Assembly: GCF_009914755.1 (NCBI RefSeq)
Contig: NC_060944.1
DNA from: the human T2T-CHM13v2.0 reference genome, Homo sapiens
DNA length: 64,000 nt
Reading direction: 5' to 3' (one strand)
Shown here: positions 40,174-53,230 of the stretch, piece by piece
How the letters are laid out: every line of letters starts with the position of its first letter
How positions within the stretch are numbered: the first letter of the stretch is position 1
Program-made: the position numbers and the translations under genes
The notes under the pieces: generated by a model
The model's input: only the letters and a program-made list of their open reading frames with translations
What the model was told of the DNA's origin: nothing
Database searches by the model: none

Positions 40174-40279
40174 GACAATGATATTTTTAACAGATTTGGA
40201 GATGGGCCTCACAATTTGTAAAAAATATGATGAAGACATTGACAATTGCCCATTGCAAGAAGGCTCAGCAGAGAAAAAG
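40174..40279 (+). pseudogene. CST12P: Cystatin pseudogene exon 2, 3' piece
   Basis: [35 protein letters not shown]|gtttga; both Cys retained, no stop. Confidence 0.92.
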
Positions 40280-41264
40280 GTTTGAGAATAAAATCAACCC
40301 CAAAGCATCATGAATCTCTCGGGAATGGATAGTAATATCAAGGTGGGCCTTTGGGAGGAGGCTTAGAAAGGTCATCAGAGGTGATCCTGGGGCAGAATGA
40401 GGGTCCCTGAGCCCTCTCCCACCTGGTGTCAGGGCTCCCTCAGTGAAGGCAGAAGGCTGGCATGTAAGCAGACAAAGCCTGGCCTCAGTGCCAGGGAGAT
40501 CCCTCTGCCTACAGCATGGCTGACTGGACATAGCAGGCACCTGCAGATTCTACATGGCCTTTGTCCCCAGACCAAGCCCTCACTTTGCTCCCCAGGCCAG
40601 TACCTTCCTGAGACCCTCGAGATCCAGGTAGATGATGTTCTCCATGCAGTCCTCACTCTTATTTTGTTGTTGGGGATTGCAGGACTGTCTAGTTTCTCCG
40701 GTCACTCAACCTGTCCCTCTAGTTCCTGTGTGGTAAGGATGTGTCCTAGTCAGTCTGAGTTCTGACACCATCCTCCCATGACCCATACATGACCCATGTG
40801 AGCTCAGAGGTTGAGGATGCTCTGAATCAGAGTTACAGGAGCAGCAGGGCTGGTCTCGCCCTTCCACCTGCAGGCTTGCTGTCAACTGCTGTGCTCAGTT
40901 GGTGGGTGCCCAGAGGGACCATCCCTTGGGAAGTTCATTCTCTCCCCTAGAACACACAGGGTGGGAGCCGTTCATCCAGCATCATGTGTGCTAGGGAGAT
41001 TGTGAGTGGACACGATGCTTCAGGGGTCAGGTGATGGCCCAATCAGGCATGCTTTCAGGAATCCCCAGGCTCAGGTGGGAGCATTCAGCCACCTGTGCCC
41101 CTTGTCCTGGTGGAGGCTTGGGCATTTCAAGCCCTGTTCCTGGATGACTGTTTTTGTTTTTCATTTTTTGTAGTTTTTAATACATCTTGACCCCCTACTA
41201 CATGCTAAATGCTCTCAGTGCATTACATTTTTCTAATTTATATGTTATACTTATTTTTTTTCAG

Positions 41265-41414
41265 GTATACTGCACATTTGTCATGGATGCCCGACCTTGG
41301 TTTTCCCAGTTCAACCTCCTAAACATCACCTGTAATGTGGAAACAGGTGGTGGCAGAGCCCCTGATTTTTTGCAGCAGAAGTCCTCTCTTCCTCTAGAGT
41401 ATGAAAGTTTGTAG
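41265..41414 (+). pseudogene. CST12P: Cystatin pseudogene exon 3
   Basis: ttttttttcag|VYCTFVMDARPWFSQFNLLNITC plus a 26-residue tail to TAG; ATTAAA at 41441-41446. Confidence 0.92.
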
Positions 41415-41654
41415 TTCTAGGCCTATGCTGCACTAGCAGAATTAAAGACATCTTAGCTCCTTCTGGGTCTGTGAACAGTTTTGCACTCTTTCCTATTATT
41501 TATTTGCCATGGATGTTTCTGGCAGTGATAAGCAAGGGAGAATTCATTATCATCGTTACCTTGGCTGCAGGTGTAGACTGTTGAATAAACCAAACTCCCC
41601 AGTTGATTTGAGGCAGTTCATGTAGGAGCCCCCCACCAGTTGGTTGGTGTACTC

Positions 41655-41790
41655 ATCCATCCACCCATCGATCCATCCATCCATCCATCCATCCATCCAT
41701 CCATCCATCCATCCATCCATCTGTTCCTTCATTCATGCACTGATTCATTCATTCATCCTTCCATTTCTCTATGCCATCATCCATCCACTC
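41655..41790. repeat. (TCCA)n tetranucleotide repeat
   Basis: Directly visible. Confidence 0.9.
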
Positions 41791-44700
41791 TAAAGGAATG
41801 CAGACAATTTTGTTAACCACACATGACCCTTCTGTTTCCATCTCAGGAACAGGCTCACAGAGGGTGGCTCTTCTGCAGAAGGGCCAGGCGCAGGCCTAGG
41901 GATCAGAGAAGGTCACTGAAGCTGACAGGAGGCTCTGCCCTCTGTGGACACCGAGGGCTGCATGAATCACAATGATGTCTTCTCCAGAGCTCAGATGTCT
42001 TCTCCAGAGCTCAGAAGATGGCAGTTCCAGTCTGCATGCCCACACCTGCTCCTGATGCCTGTGTTACCTATCTGGGACCCAGCCAGGGCTTCATAGCTGC
42101 CAGCATCACTCACTGCCCCTGGGAGAAGCACTGTGGTGACAGACACCCATCCTGACAAGCAGTCCTCTCTGCTGGGGTCTTGGTGGGGGATCAGCCTTGG
42201 AGGGGCAGAGAGATGAGGGGATGGTGTGGTGGGGGGACATGCATTGGGCAAAGAGACAGTGCAACAGTTTCTGGAGGAGTCTTCCCGAACAGAAGGGCTA
42301 GGGAGTCTTTACTCCTCCATCCTTGGTTTGGGGGGTGATTTGAATATTTCTTGGTAAGAAGTCTGCCTTTTTCCTGGATAGCTCATTCCCATGAATTTGC
42401 CATAGGGCTTATGGGACAGAATTTTCAGAAACAGCTTTGGGTAGCTCCATCTGTCATGGCAAAAAGATGTGGCAGCTTTGGTCCTTCGGCCAACTTCTGT
42501 GCAGGATTTGTGTGCAACATCCCTCCATAATTTGATAGGGCATATTTATATTACCAAGGGGATGTCTGCATGGTTAGCAAAACCAATCAATTGCTGGCCC
42601 TTGGCTTTGAGAGCACTCAGGCTGGGAGGGGTGGAGCCCTTGTTTATGGACCCCATGCCTACTGTTCCGGACAAGCACAGCCACACCCTCCCTGAGCTCT
42701 GGTCAGCATTGCTTGCTGATGGAAGCACCTTTACCTTTAATTCCAAGTTCACAAGGAAGGCCTGGCATCCTGCTCTTTTTCACAATAAGCCAGTTGTTTT
42801 CTACCTTGATCCACACAAAATCCCACTGGTTTCATTTTATATTTCTCTTAGGGACCAAGCATTACCCCTATCTGTATTGCAACAGAAAATTTGGGCCTAA
42901 ATCATAAATACTTGGAGTCCTCAGGTGTTCGGTGCTTGGGGCTATGGCTGTGAAGTGGTTCTTTAAGGTACTCCAATATTTTAGAAATTGTGTTTACTGC
43001 AGTTGGGTATTTTGTCCATGGCCTGTGTTCTTTAGTTCCGGCTCTCATAGAAATTGAAAACATAGCCCTATTGCGGATTTCACTGTTGATGGTGCCCAGT
43101 GGCCATGAGCTATGCAAGCAGCTTTGGTAGGGTTAGTAAATTTTGTGCCTGCCACTTTTGTTAGTAATATGATGACCTCAAACCAGTAGAGCTTTGAATA
43201 ATGTGTCAATATCCAAGATCAGCCAGAATCCAGGAGTCCATCTTGTTTCCTGGAGAAACCTCTCTGGATTTGGGTCAGTCATTAAGTGGCCTGAATAAGT
43301 AGGAAGTAAACATATTGAAAGTTATAGTACACAAAATTGACATATATTTCTAAATTCTAGATCTATGTCAAACCCCGAATATTTTCTACATCTTATCGAG
43401 TGACCTGTTTTGAAGGAGCAGGGCTCTTTGGAATGCATTTGCTGAGACCCCTCCTAAAATTAAGACTTAATTAAAATCTCAGCATTGGAGTGAGGGAGGC
43501 TGAAGAGACACAGAACTACATCCCTACACACCCAACACTGTAAAATATGTGTCACCGAAATCATCTCCTTTAACCCTCACCACAGCCCCCTCCCCATCTT
43601 CATATTAGGGCATTGAGCTACTTTTGTGGTTAATTACTGGGATTTTCTGAAATTGACCTCAGGGCCAAACGATTCCACTACCCATATCACCAACTGCCCT
43701 TCTAACTCTTGAGTTTCCAACCCCACAGATCCACAGGCATTCAGTAAAGAACAAACCAAAGGCTTAGGAACACTTGCAACTGCCACTTATCTCATTTGTC
43801 TGATGTTTCCCAAATACTATTTTTTTTTCAAAAGAAAATCACCCACTACAAAAGCTGCTATTGTTTATTTCCTTTCTCCTGTCAGCCCAGGAATGCAATC
43901 AGCAGATCAAAGTAACCAATCTGTCTGTCATGAAAACCCCTTGTCTGGTCTCCAGCCATACCATACTCATCTTTTGCCCCACTTGCTCTCTGAGCTCCAC
44001 AGACCCTGAATGGCCTCCTCCCATTCCTCTTCCAGCCTCCTGGTTGCACCCCGCTTGAAGAGTTCTGCTGCTTTTTAAATGATGATACCTATTATCTCTG
44101 CAATGGTCTATATTTTACACAGACATGTCCCCTGCTTACATCCTGTGCGTGGCAGACAGAAAAATCTAAAATTCCATCTAAATCATACATAACCTCAAAT
44201 TAGTTTTATATTTTAAAAATACAGTCTGTAATTGATTGGAGATGTGAAAAAAACCTGGCCCTTCACAACAGATTTTGAGAAACACAGGACTTTCTATTGG
44301 CCATGAAGTTTATCTTCACACTGATTTTCTGTTCTACATATTAATTCAGACATGGCCAATGTCTTCATCTATACTGTCATTTGTCTATTGACTTCTTATG
44401 TCTTCCGTGGGTCAGAAATCCTTAATTTTATAATTTTTAATGTGGGATGTGGCATTTTATACTAAACATTTTTAGAGTACTCTTCAAGTCTTTTCCTCTC
44501 TGCTTATTTTTTGGCTTCTTGATCTATCAATTTTTGGCTTTAGGACTATCAAATAAAACGTTGGTCACTTATCTTTTTTTTCTGCAGTTCTCTTATTTTT
44601 TGCTAGATATGTGTTAGACTGCAATGATGGTATATAAATGTTTTGATGACTGTATTTTCTTGTCCTATTTTTTCCTTTGTTTATTTTTGTTCCTATATTA

Positions 44701-46229
44701 GTTATCTATGCTATGTAACAAATATCCACAAACTTAGAAGGTTAAAACATCTATTTATTATCTGAGTTTCTCAATTTGTGTGAGTCAGACTTATATGGGT
44801 CCTGTAATCAGGGTCTTATAATGCTGAAATCAAGTTGTCAGTCAAGACTGGGGACTCATCTGAGGCTTGGGGTCCTCCTCCAAGCTCATATGCGTTTATT
44901 TTAGGACTCTCAATTCTATTCCATTGATCTCTATATATATCCTTATGTTGGTACTACAGCTTTTTGAAGACTGTAGCTTTATAGTAAGTTTTGAGATTGG
45001 GAAGTATAAGTCTCCCAACTTTGTTATTTTTCAAGATTGTTTTTCATAGCCTAGGTTTCCTGCATTTACATGGGTGAATGGGTCCATGGAGTTCCCCACT
45101 CTGACATTCCAAAAGTATAACTCTTTTCTAGATTCTCCTTTAAAGACTCACTGGTTAGGTAAGGTCCATGCAGGGAAATATGCCTTTATAGTATCTCAGC
45201 GCGATGGATTGGAGACTTTAATTATGTCTACAAAATAGTGTCACCTTTGCCATATAACCTAACCTAATCCCAGCAATGATATTTCATTGTATTTCTATGT
45301 CCTACCCACAATCAAGGGGAGGAGATTATACAGAGTGTGTATCCCTGAGGGGATATCTTGTTGTTGTTGTTTTAAGATTTCTGTCTACCACAGTTTCTTA
45401 TTACTTTATTTTTTGCATTAAGTTCTATTTTGTAATATATTAAGATTGAAAGTCTATTTTTTTGCTTCAGATTTTCCTAAACATTTTCCCAACCTTTTTT
45501 AAAAAAATATTTTGGGCATCTTTTCATTTTGAGAGTCTTTTATAGACACTATGCTGTGGGTCTTTTTCAAAATTCCAATCTGTAAGTCTCAATATTTTAT
45601 TTACTGAGGTATTTTTATTACCATTATGCTAGATATCTTCTCTGTTATTTTCAAACCTTTCTGTTTACTGTATTTTCTCATTTTGTGTTTGTACACTCTC
45701 CTAGTGATGTGCCTTTGGACGGATAAGCTGAAGTTTCTTCTGCTTATTCAACTCTGCTTTTGTTCCTGTGGTTACTGCTCACTTAGCTTCAGGGCCATTT
45801 TCATGCTCATATCCCCTGTGGCCTCCAGTTCCTGTCAAGATGGTGAACTAGCACGGGCTGCTGGCTTCTTTCTGAAATCAATGCTAGAGAGACTATAGAA
45901 ATGAGAAGGAAACTTAAATTCTAGTGACCATCAAAGAATAACAAAACAAAAGCTACGTGAGACTCCTGAGTGACTAGCGGCTACAGGTTGGCTCTTGTTT
46001 TGAAGCAATTTTTCACTGTAGAAACTGGCAGCAAATTCTAAGACTTCAGGTACCAGGGCCCCAGGGAAAGAACAGGACAGTGCAAGATTTCTTTCAGTAA
46101 CAGGAGTTGATGACAACCAGTGGGGTCAAAAGTCTACTTTCAGGGAGTTACATGGCCCATCCCAAATCTCCTGGTATGGTGGTATGAAGGGTTGAGACTA
46201 TTTGAATGTTGAGGAGGGGTAAATGTATT

Positions 46230-47215
46230 TTGCATGTAGAGCTTTTAGGTGTGATTGAGGATCTTGGAATGGAGAGATTATCCTGGATTATCTGGGCAGG
46301 CCCAATGTAACACACAGGTCCTTATAAGAGAGAAGCAGGAGGGTCAGAATCAGGGTCAGAGATAGAGATGTGATGGTAGAAGCAGCAGAGAGTGAGAGAG
46401 GGAGAGCAAGTGAGAGACGTTTGAAGATACTCCACACCTGGCTTTGAATATAGAGGAAGGGACTGTGTTTGTCAAGGTTCTCCAGAGAAACAGAAGCAAT
46501 AGCATATTTATATATTTATTGCAGGCCCTTGCTCACACAATTACAGAGGCTGAGAAGTTCCATGACCAACCACCTGCAAGCTGGTGAAGCAGAAACGCTG
46601 GTGGTGTAATTCAGACTGAGTCCGAAAACCTTCTTTCTGGAATCATTGCTAGAGACACGACCGAAGTTGTTGGTGGTGTCTGAGCCTGAAGGCCTAAGAA
46701 CCAAGAGCTCTGATGTTTGACGACAAGAGAAGATGATGTCCCAGCCCAAACAGGGAGAATGTGTTTGCCTTTCCTTCACCTTTTTGGTTTATTCTGGCCC
46801 TTAATGGATTGAATGATGCCCATCCACACTGGTGAGGGCAGATCTTTTTTTGCTCTGTCACCTATTCAAATGTTAATGTCTTGCAGAAATGTCCTTACAG
46901 ACATACCCTCACAGAAATAATGTTTTACCAGCTACCTGGACATTCCTCAGCCCAGTCAAATTGGCACATAATATTAACCATCAGAGACCATGAGCTGAGA
47001 AATTTAGTCAGCCTCTAGAAACTGGAGGGGGAAGGAAATGCACTTTCCTTTAGAGCTTCCAAAAAAAATACAGCATTGCCCATACCTTGATTTTAGCCCA
47101 GTGAAAGCCAGTTTGGACTTCTGACCTGCAGAACTGTGAGATCACACATTTGTGCTTTTTGAAGCCACCAGATTTGTGGTAGTTTGTTACAGCAGCCACA
47201 GAAAATGAATGCAGG
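46230..47215. mobile_element. MLT1 LTR with a nested MLT2 LTR (about 46464-46984)
   Basis: gagattatcctggattatctgg...cagcagccacagaaaatgaatgca interrupted by tgtgtttgtcaaggttctccagagaaacaga...attaaccatca. Confidence 0.7.
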
Positions 47216-47269
47216 TAGATTCCAATTTTGGAAGACTGTCAAAATTGCTTTATTAAAAGCATTTTTTAA

Positions 47270-49212
47270 AGTTATTCTTTTTTTAAATTTTTTAAACTTC
47301 ATTTTATTTTGGGGGGTACGTGTGAAAGTTTGTTACATAGGTAAACTTGTGTTATGGGGGTTTGTTGTACAGATTATTTAATCACCCAGACATTAAGCCC
47401 AGTGCCCAATAGTTATCTTTTCTGGTTCTTTCCTTCCTCCCACCCTCTATCCTCAAGTAGGCCCCAGTGTCTGTTGTTCCCTTCTTTGTCTTCATAAGTT
47501 CTTATCATTTAGCTCTCACTTGTAAGTGGGAACATGCAGTATTTGGTTTTCTGTTTCTATGTTAGTTTGCTAAGAATAATAGCCTTCAGTTCCAACCATG
47601 TTCCCACAAAAGACATGATCTTGTTTTGTATTTTTTATGGCTGCATAGTATTCCATGGTGTATATGTACCACATTTTCTTTATCTAATCTGTCATTGATG
47701 GGCATTTAGGTTGAGACCATGTTTTTACCATTGTGAATAGTGCTGCAATGAACATTTGCATGCATGTGTCTTTATGATAGAATTATTTATATTACTTTGA
47801 GTATATACCCAGTAATGGGATAGCTGGGTCAAATGGTAGTTCTGCTTTTAGTTCCTTGAGGAATAGTCATATGCTTTCCACCATGGTTGAACTAATTTAC
47901 ACTCCCACCAACACTGTATAAGTGTTCCATTTTGTCCACAACCTCACCAGCATCGGTTATTTCTTGACTTTTTAGTAATAGCCATTCTAACTGGTGTGAG
48001 ATTGTATCTCATTGTAGTTTTGATTTGCATTTCTCTAATGATTAGTGATATTGACCTTTTTTTCATATGCTTGCTGGCCACATGTATGTCTTCTTTTGAA
48101 CAGTGTCTGTTCATGTCCTTTGCCAACTTTTTTAATGGGGTCATTTGTTTTTCTCTTGTAAATTTAAACAAAGTTCTTTATAGATTCTGGATATTAGACC
48201 TTTGTCAGATGCATAGTTTGCACATATTTTCTCCCATTCTGTAGGTTGTCTGTTTACTCTGTTGATAGTTTCTTTTTACTGTGCAGAAGCTTTTAAGTTT
48301 AAACAGTACGATTTGTCAATTTCTGGCTTGTTGCAATTGCTTTTGGCATCTTCATCATGAAATCTTTGCCAAAGCCTATGTCCAGATGGTATTTTCTAGG
48401 TTATCTTCCAGGGTTTTTATAGTTGTAAGTTTTACATTTAAGTCCTTAATCCACCTTGAATTCATTTGTGTAAATGGTGGAAGGAAGGAGTACAGCTTCA
48501 ATTTTCTGCATATGGCTAGCCAGTTATCGTAGCACCATTTATTGAATAGGAAGTTCTTCCTCCATTGCTTGTTTTTGTCAGCTTTATCAAAGATCAGATG
48601 GTGGTAGGTGTATGGCTTTATTTCTGGGCTCTCTATTCTGCTGCATTGGTCTATGTGTCTGTTTTTGTACCAGTAACATGCTGTTTTAGTTACTGTAGCC
48701 TTGTAATATGCTTTGAAGTCAGGTTGATTCTTCCAGGTTTGTTCTTCCCATTTAGCACTGCCTTGACTATTTGAGCTGAATTTTGGCTTCATGTAAGTTT
48801 TAAAATTGATTTTCTAATTCTGTGAAGAATGGCATTGGTAATTTGATAGGAATAGCCCTGAATCTGTAAAGTGCTTTGGGCAGTATGGCCATTTTAACAA
48901 TATTAATTCTTCCTATCCATGAGCATAGAATATTTTTCCATATGGTTGTGTCATCTCTGATTTCTTTGAGCAGTGTTTTGTAATTCTCACTGTAGAGATC
49001 TTTCACCTGTCTGGTTAGCTATATTCCTAGGTATTTTATTCTTTTTGTGGCAATTGTGAATGGGATTGCCTTTCTGATTTGGCTCTTGATTTGGCTATTG
49101 TTGGTGTATAGGAATGCCAGCGATTTTTGTAAGTTGATTTTGTGTCTTGAAACTTTGCTGAAGTTGTTTATCAGCTAAAGGAGCTTTTGGGCCAAGGCTA
49201 TGGGGTTTTCTG
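47270..49212 (-). mobile_element. L1 (L1PA13-16-like) 3' portion
   Basis: Minus-strand ORF2 remnants ([15 protein letters not shown]; [10 protein letters not shown]; [11 protein letters not shown]). Confidence 0.9.
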
Positions 49213-49680
49213 CCTTTTGCAACTGCATGTTTAAACCTTGAGGACATTATGCTAAGTGAAATAAATCAGATGCAGAAAGACAAGTACTGCATGATCTCCT
49301 TCATATGTGGACTCTAATAAAAAGTCAAACTCATAGAAAGAGAGGAGAATGGTGATTACCAAGGGCTTGGGGGTGAGGAGAGAGGGAGATATTGGTCAAC
49401 TGGTACAAACATTCAACTGTAAGAGGAATGAGTTCTGGAGACCTCATGTGCAGCATGGTGACTGCAGTTAATAATAATGTATTGTATACTTGAAGTTCGC
49501 TAAGGGAGTAGATCACAGCTGTTCTCACCATTAAAAAAAAGGTAACTATATGAGGGGATGAATATGCTAATTTGCTTGATTGTGATAATCATTTTGCTAT
49601 CTATCTGTCTAAGCATCACACGTGCACCCTCTATATAACTTTTTATTTGTTAATTATGCCTCAATAAAGCTGGAAACAAA
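49213..49680 (+). mobile_element. L1MA/MB 3' end fragment
   Basis: ccttgaggacattatgctaagtgaaataa...cctcaataaagctgg. Confidence 0.75.
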
Positions 49681-50534
49681 CAAAAAGCCCTGCAACTACT
49701 TCCCCCAAAAGACCATAGAAATCTCAAAATGGAAGAAAAATAAAAAGATGGAAATATTTGAAGAAATTATGGAGATATATTTTCTAAAATTAAAGGAAAA
49801 CAAAAGACCTCAAGTATAAAGGTTTGGTATAGATAAGCTGTGCTACGTAAGAAACAGCCTCATAATTGATAGCATGCAGCAGTGAGGATTTACTCCTGCT
49901 TGAAAAGTGTGCAAAGTAACTGGAGCAGCTCTCTGAGTATGTTCAGAGAAAGCCCAAATCAAAAATTTCTGAGTAATATCAACATGATGATGGTGTGTGT
50001 GTGCACGTGTGTGTGTGCATGTGAGTGTGGATGCTTGTGAAGGCCAAAGGAGCATAAAAGTGTTAAAGATATACGATTTGGATCTTTTACCTAGTTAACA
50101 ACCACCACCACATACTTCTCCAAAGTCTAAAACCTAGAAATACTGCTTTGATTCAGTGAATGTGTGTGTAGCAGTCAGCTGTTGGCCCAGAAGTGCTGCA
50201 TAACAAACCACCCCTATCCTGTAGCTAACTACAGTAAGGCTTCATTTTCAGGGACATAGGTCTACAGGCTGACTTCTCCTTGGCTTGTCCAGGAGGCTTG
50301 GCTTTGCTTCAGGGTGTCACAGCTGGCCTCACCAAGGGGAAGTCTGCTCTACATGCCTCCTGGGGCCCAGATCAGGTGCTCCTAGACTCAGTGAGTCTCT
50401 ATGAAAACATGGTTAACCCTGACCAATAATACAAATAGTACAAATCAAATAAACGGAACATAATCATCTATTCCATGAAGAAAGGCTAGGCTGAAGGCAA
50501 AGATATGAAGAAGCAGGGATTGTCACAGGTCAAT

Positions 50535-50870
50535 ACTTCTCTAATCAAACTGGGATCTGAGTATCAGCAGAATTTGGATCACATGGGGAGCTAGTTAGAA
50601 ATGCAGAATCTAGGCCTTGCCTCAGACCCACAAACTCAGCACCTACATTTTAACGAGAGTCCCAGGTGGTTCATGTGCACATTAATATCAGGAAGTGCAG
50701 ATCCACTACACTGATTTTCAAACTTGGCTGCAGATTGGAACCCCTGGGGAACTTTAAAAACAGCTGGCTTCCTGGACCCTGTTCCAGAGATTCTGATTTT
50801 ATCAGTTAGGTATGCCCTGGTGTTTTAAATCTCCGTCAGTACTTTTAACATGCAGCAGGATTTGAAAATC
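50535..50870. mobile_element. MER5-like hAT-Charlie relics
   Basis: ttagaaatgcagaatctaggcc...cattttaacgagagtcccaggtg and an oppositely oriented copy. Confidence 0.55.
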
Positions 50871-51478
50871 ATGAATATATAATTAGTAAGTGACGAACAT
50901 TTTGGCAATAAATAATAAATTTAAATTTGCGTAAAGCTTTGCATCAATTTTACATCTAGTCTTTTATTTTACAAAAACACTTGTGTAACATCATGAAGAT
51001 ATTGGAAAGGGATTGTTCACTGCAATACTGTTTGTAACAGCTGAAAATGAGAAACTGAAGAATCTAGTCATAGGGAGAAAGTTTAAATACAGCATAATGC
51101 ATTTGTAGTCTGCAATGCTTTGCCACCTGCCTGACAGATTCCTGCCCCATATGTGTTTTCTGTACGTTGCCCTTGCTCATAGAACCCATTGATCTTTGCA
51201 GCCTAGGAAGAATGCTCACCTCTCTGCCTCACCAGGAACTTTCTGGACACTGATTTGGGATTTTCACAGAAAAGCAGAAGCTTTGAGAGCTTAACAGGTG
51301 CGTGCCCCCCTCCTCCCACTAAGGGCCAGGCCTGGGCATCAGAGTGGGCCACGTGACCCTTACCCTGGCAGGACAGGGCAGGGGGTTACTGTTGGCCCAA
51401 GCCAAGGGAGTTCAGAGGCCAGGCATTCAGGAAGCCAGAGTCATTGGCACAGGTGGGCAGAAGATGCCAGAGGGGCCC

Positions 51479-52474
51479 TGTATTAGTCAGGGTTCTTTTA
51501 AAGGGACAGAACTAATAGGATATATATGGTTGTGTATATATATAAAGTTAATACTTAATAAACTCCCCTTTATATATATATAAAATATATATATAAATTA
51601 TATATATATTAATTATATATATATTATATATATAAATTATATATATATTAATTATATATATAATATATATATAAATTATATATATATTAATTATATATAA
51701 TATATATATTAATTATATATATATTAATTATATATAATATATATATAAATTATATATATATTAATTATATATATAATATATATATAAATTATATATATAT
51801 TAATTATATATATATAAAATATATATAATTTATATATATAAAATATATATAATTTATATATATAAATTATATATAAAATATATATAATTTATATATATAA
51901 ATTATATATAAAATATATATAATTTATATATATAAATTATATATAAAATATATATAATTTATATATAAAAATTATATATAAATTATATATATAAAATATA
52001 TATATAAATTGTATATATATAAAATATACATATAAATTATATATATATAAAATATACATAAATTATATATATAAATAATATGTATATAAAAGGGAGTTTA
52101 TTAAGTATTAACTTACATGATCACAAGGGCCCACAACAGGCTGTCTGCCAAACTGAGGAGCAAGGGGAGCCAGTCTGAGAGTCCCAAAACTGAAGAACTT
52201 GGAGTCTGATGTTCGAGGGCAGGAGGCATCTAGCATGGGAGACAGATGTAGACTAGGAGGCTAGGACCATCTCTCCTTTTCACGTTTTTCTGCCTGCTTT
52301 ATATTCGCTGGCAGCTGATTAGATTGTGCCCACCAGATTAAAGGTGGATCTGCCTTCCCCAGCCCACTGACTCAAATGTTAATCTCTTTTGGAAACACCC
52401 TCACAGACACACCCAGGATCAATACTTGGTGTCCTTCGATCAAATCAAGTTGACACTCAGTATTAACCATTGCA
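51479..52474 (-). mobile_element. MLT2A (HERV-L) solo LTR with expanded AT repeat
   Basis: tgtattagtcagggttct...gttgacactcagtattaaccattgca; 5-bp TSD ggccc (51474-51478 and 52475-52479). Confidence 0.88.
51572..52090. repeat. About 520-bp near-pure AT repeat
   Basis: tatatatataaattatatatatattaatta... directly visible. Confidence 0.95.
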
Positions 52475-52689
52475 GGCCCCTGACTCTGAGGGCACAGCAG
52501 GAGGCATTTGCTTGCTCTCTGTGCCCCTGTGAGAGCTGTTTAGACCAAAGGCCGGAGGCTGGCAAGTGGGAGATGTCCTCACTGGGACAAGACACAGGTG
52601 CTGAATTACATCACAAAGCGTAACCTCCCTGCAGGGCGTGGACTCAGAGGGGCAAGAGAGACCGCAGACCAGGACCCACAGAGACCCTT

Positions 52690-52905
52690 GACTGGGCCAC
52701 AGGCATGAACTAAGAGTGCTGAAGACCTAGGAGAACCACTGGTCAGGTCAGCTCCCAGCTCCACAGGGAGTAAGAAGGAGCTGCAGGCACAGCAGGCTGA
52801 AAGTCCACCAAGGGCTGAGGCCACAAGGCCTCTGGGGCAGCCACAGTTTTCATGATCACATCATACAGGACTGAGAAGCAGATAACAAGAGTGACGCTCA
52901 CAGGG
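52690..52905 (+). other. CST8: Putative non-coding first exon of CST8 (next acceptor probably 53087/53088)
   Basis: Candidate donors caggg|gtaggc (about 52905) and cagg|gtaagg (about 52972); acceptor gaatccag|ctgg; limits partly from recollection of the gene structure. Confidence 0.4.
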
Positions 52906-53230
52906 GTAGGCATAGACACACTGGGGCCGAAGGGGAGAGGAACTCTCCCTAGACACACAGATTGCTCTCAGGGTAAGGAGGGGAGGCTGGTAGAGAGACT
53001 CCTTAACTGGCATTCCTGGGTGGGTTTCCATGGAGAAAGAGAGGACAAACCCCAAAGAGTGACCCTAATGGCCTGTCTTGAATCCAGCTGGGCTGACGCT
53101 AACAGGAGGCAGTGTGTGGCTCGAAGATTCTTGAACCCACAGCAGCAGCTGCGGCCACCCCATCCTGCCCACAGCTCCAGCCCTGAGACGACGAGGAGGA
53201 GAGTCGACTTTGCCTCTTGCCCAAGGGACC

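Noticed and set aside
42240-43300. Possible ancient ERV internal or integrase remnant and a 143-aa ORF
   Set aside because: Only faint motif similarity; could not assign a family
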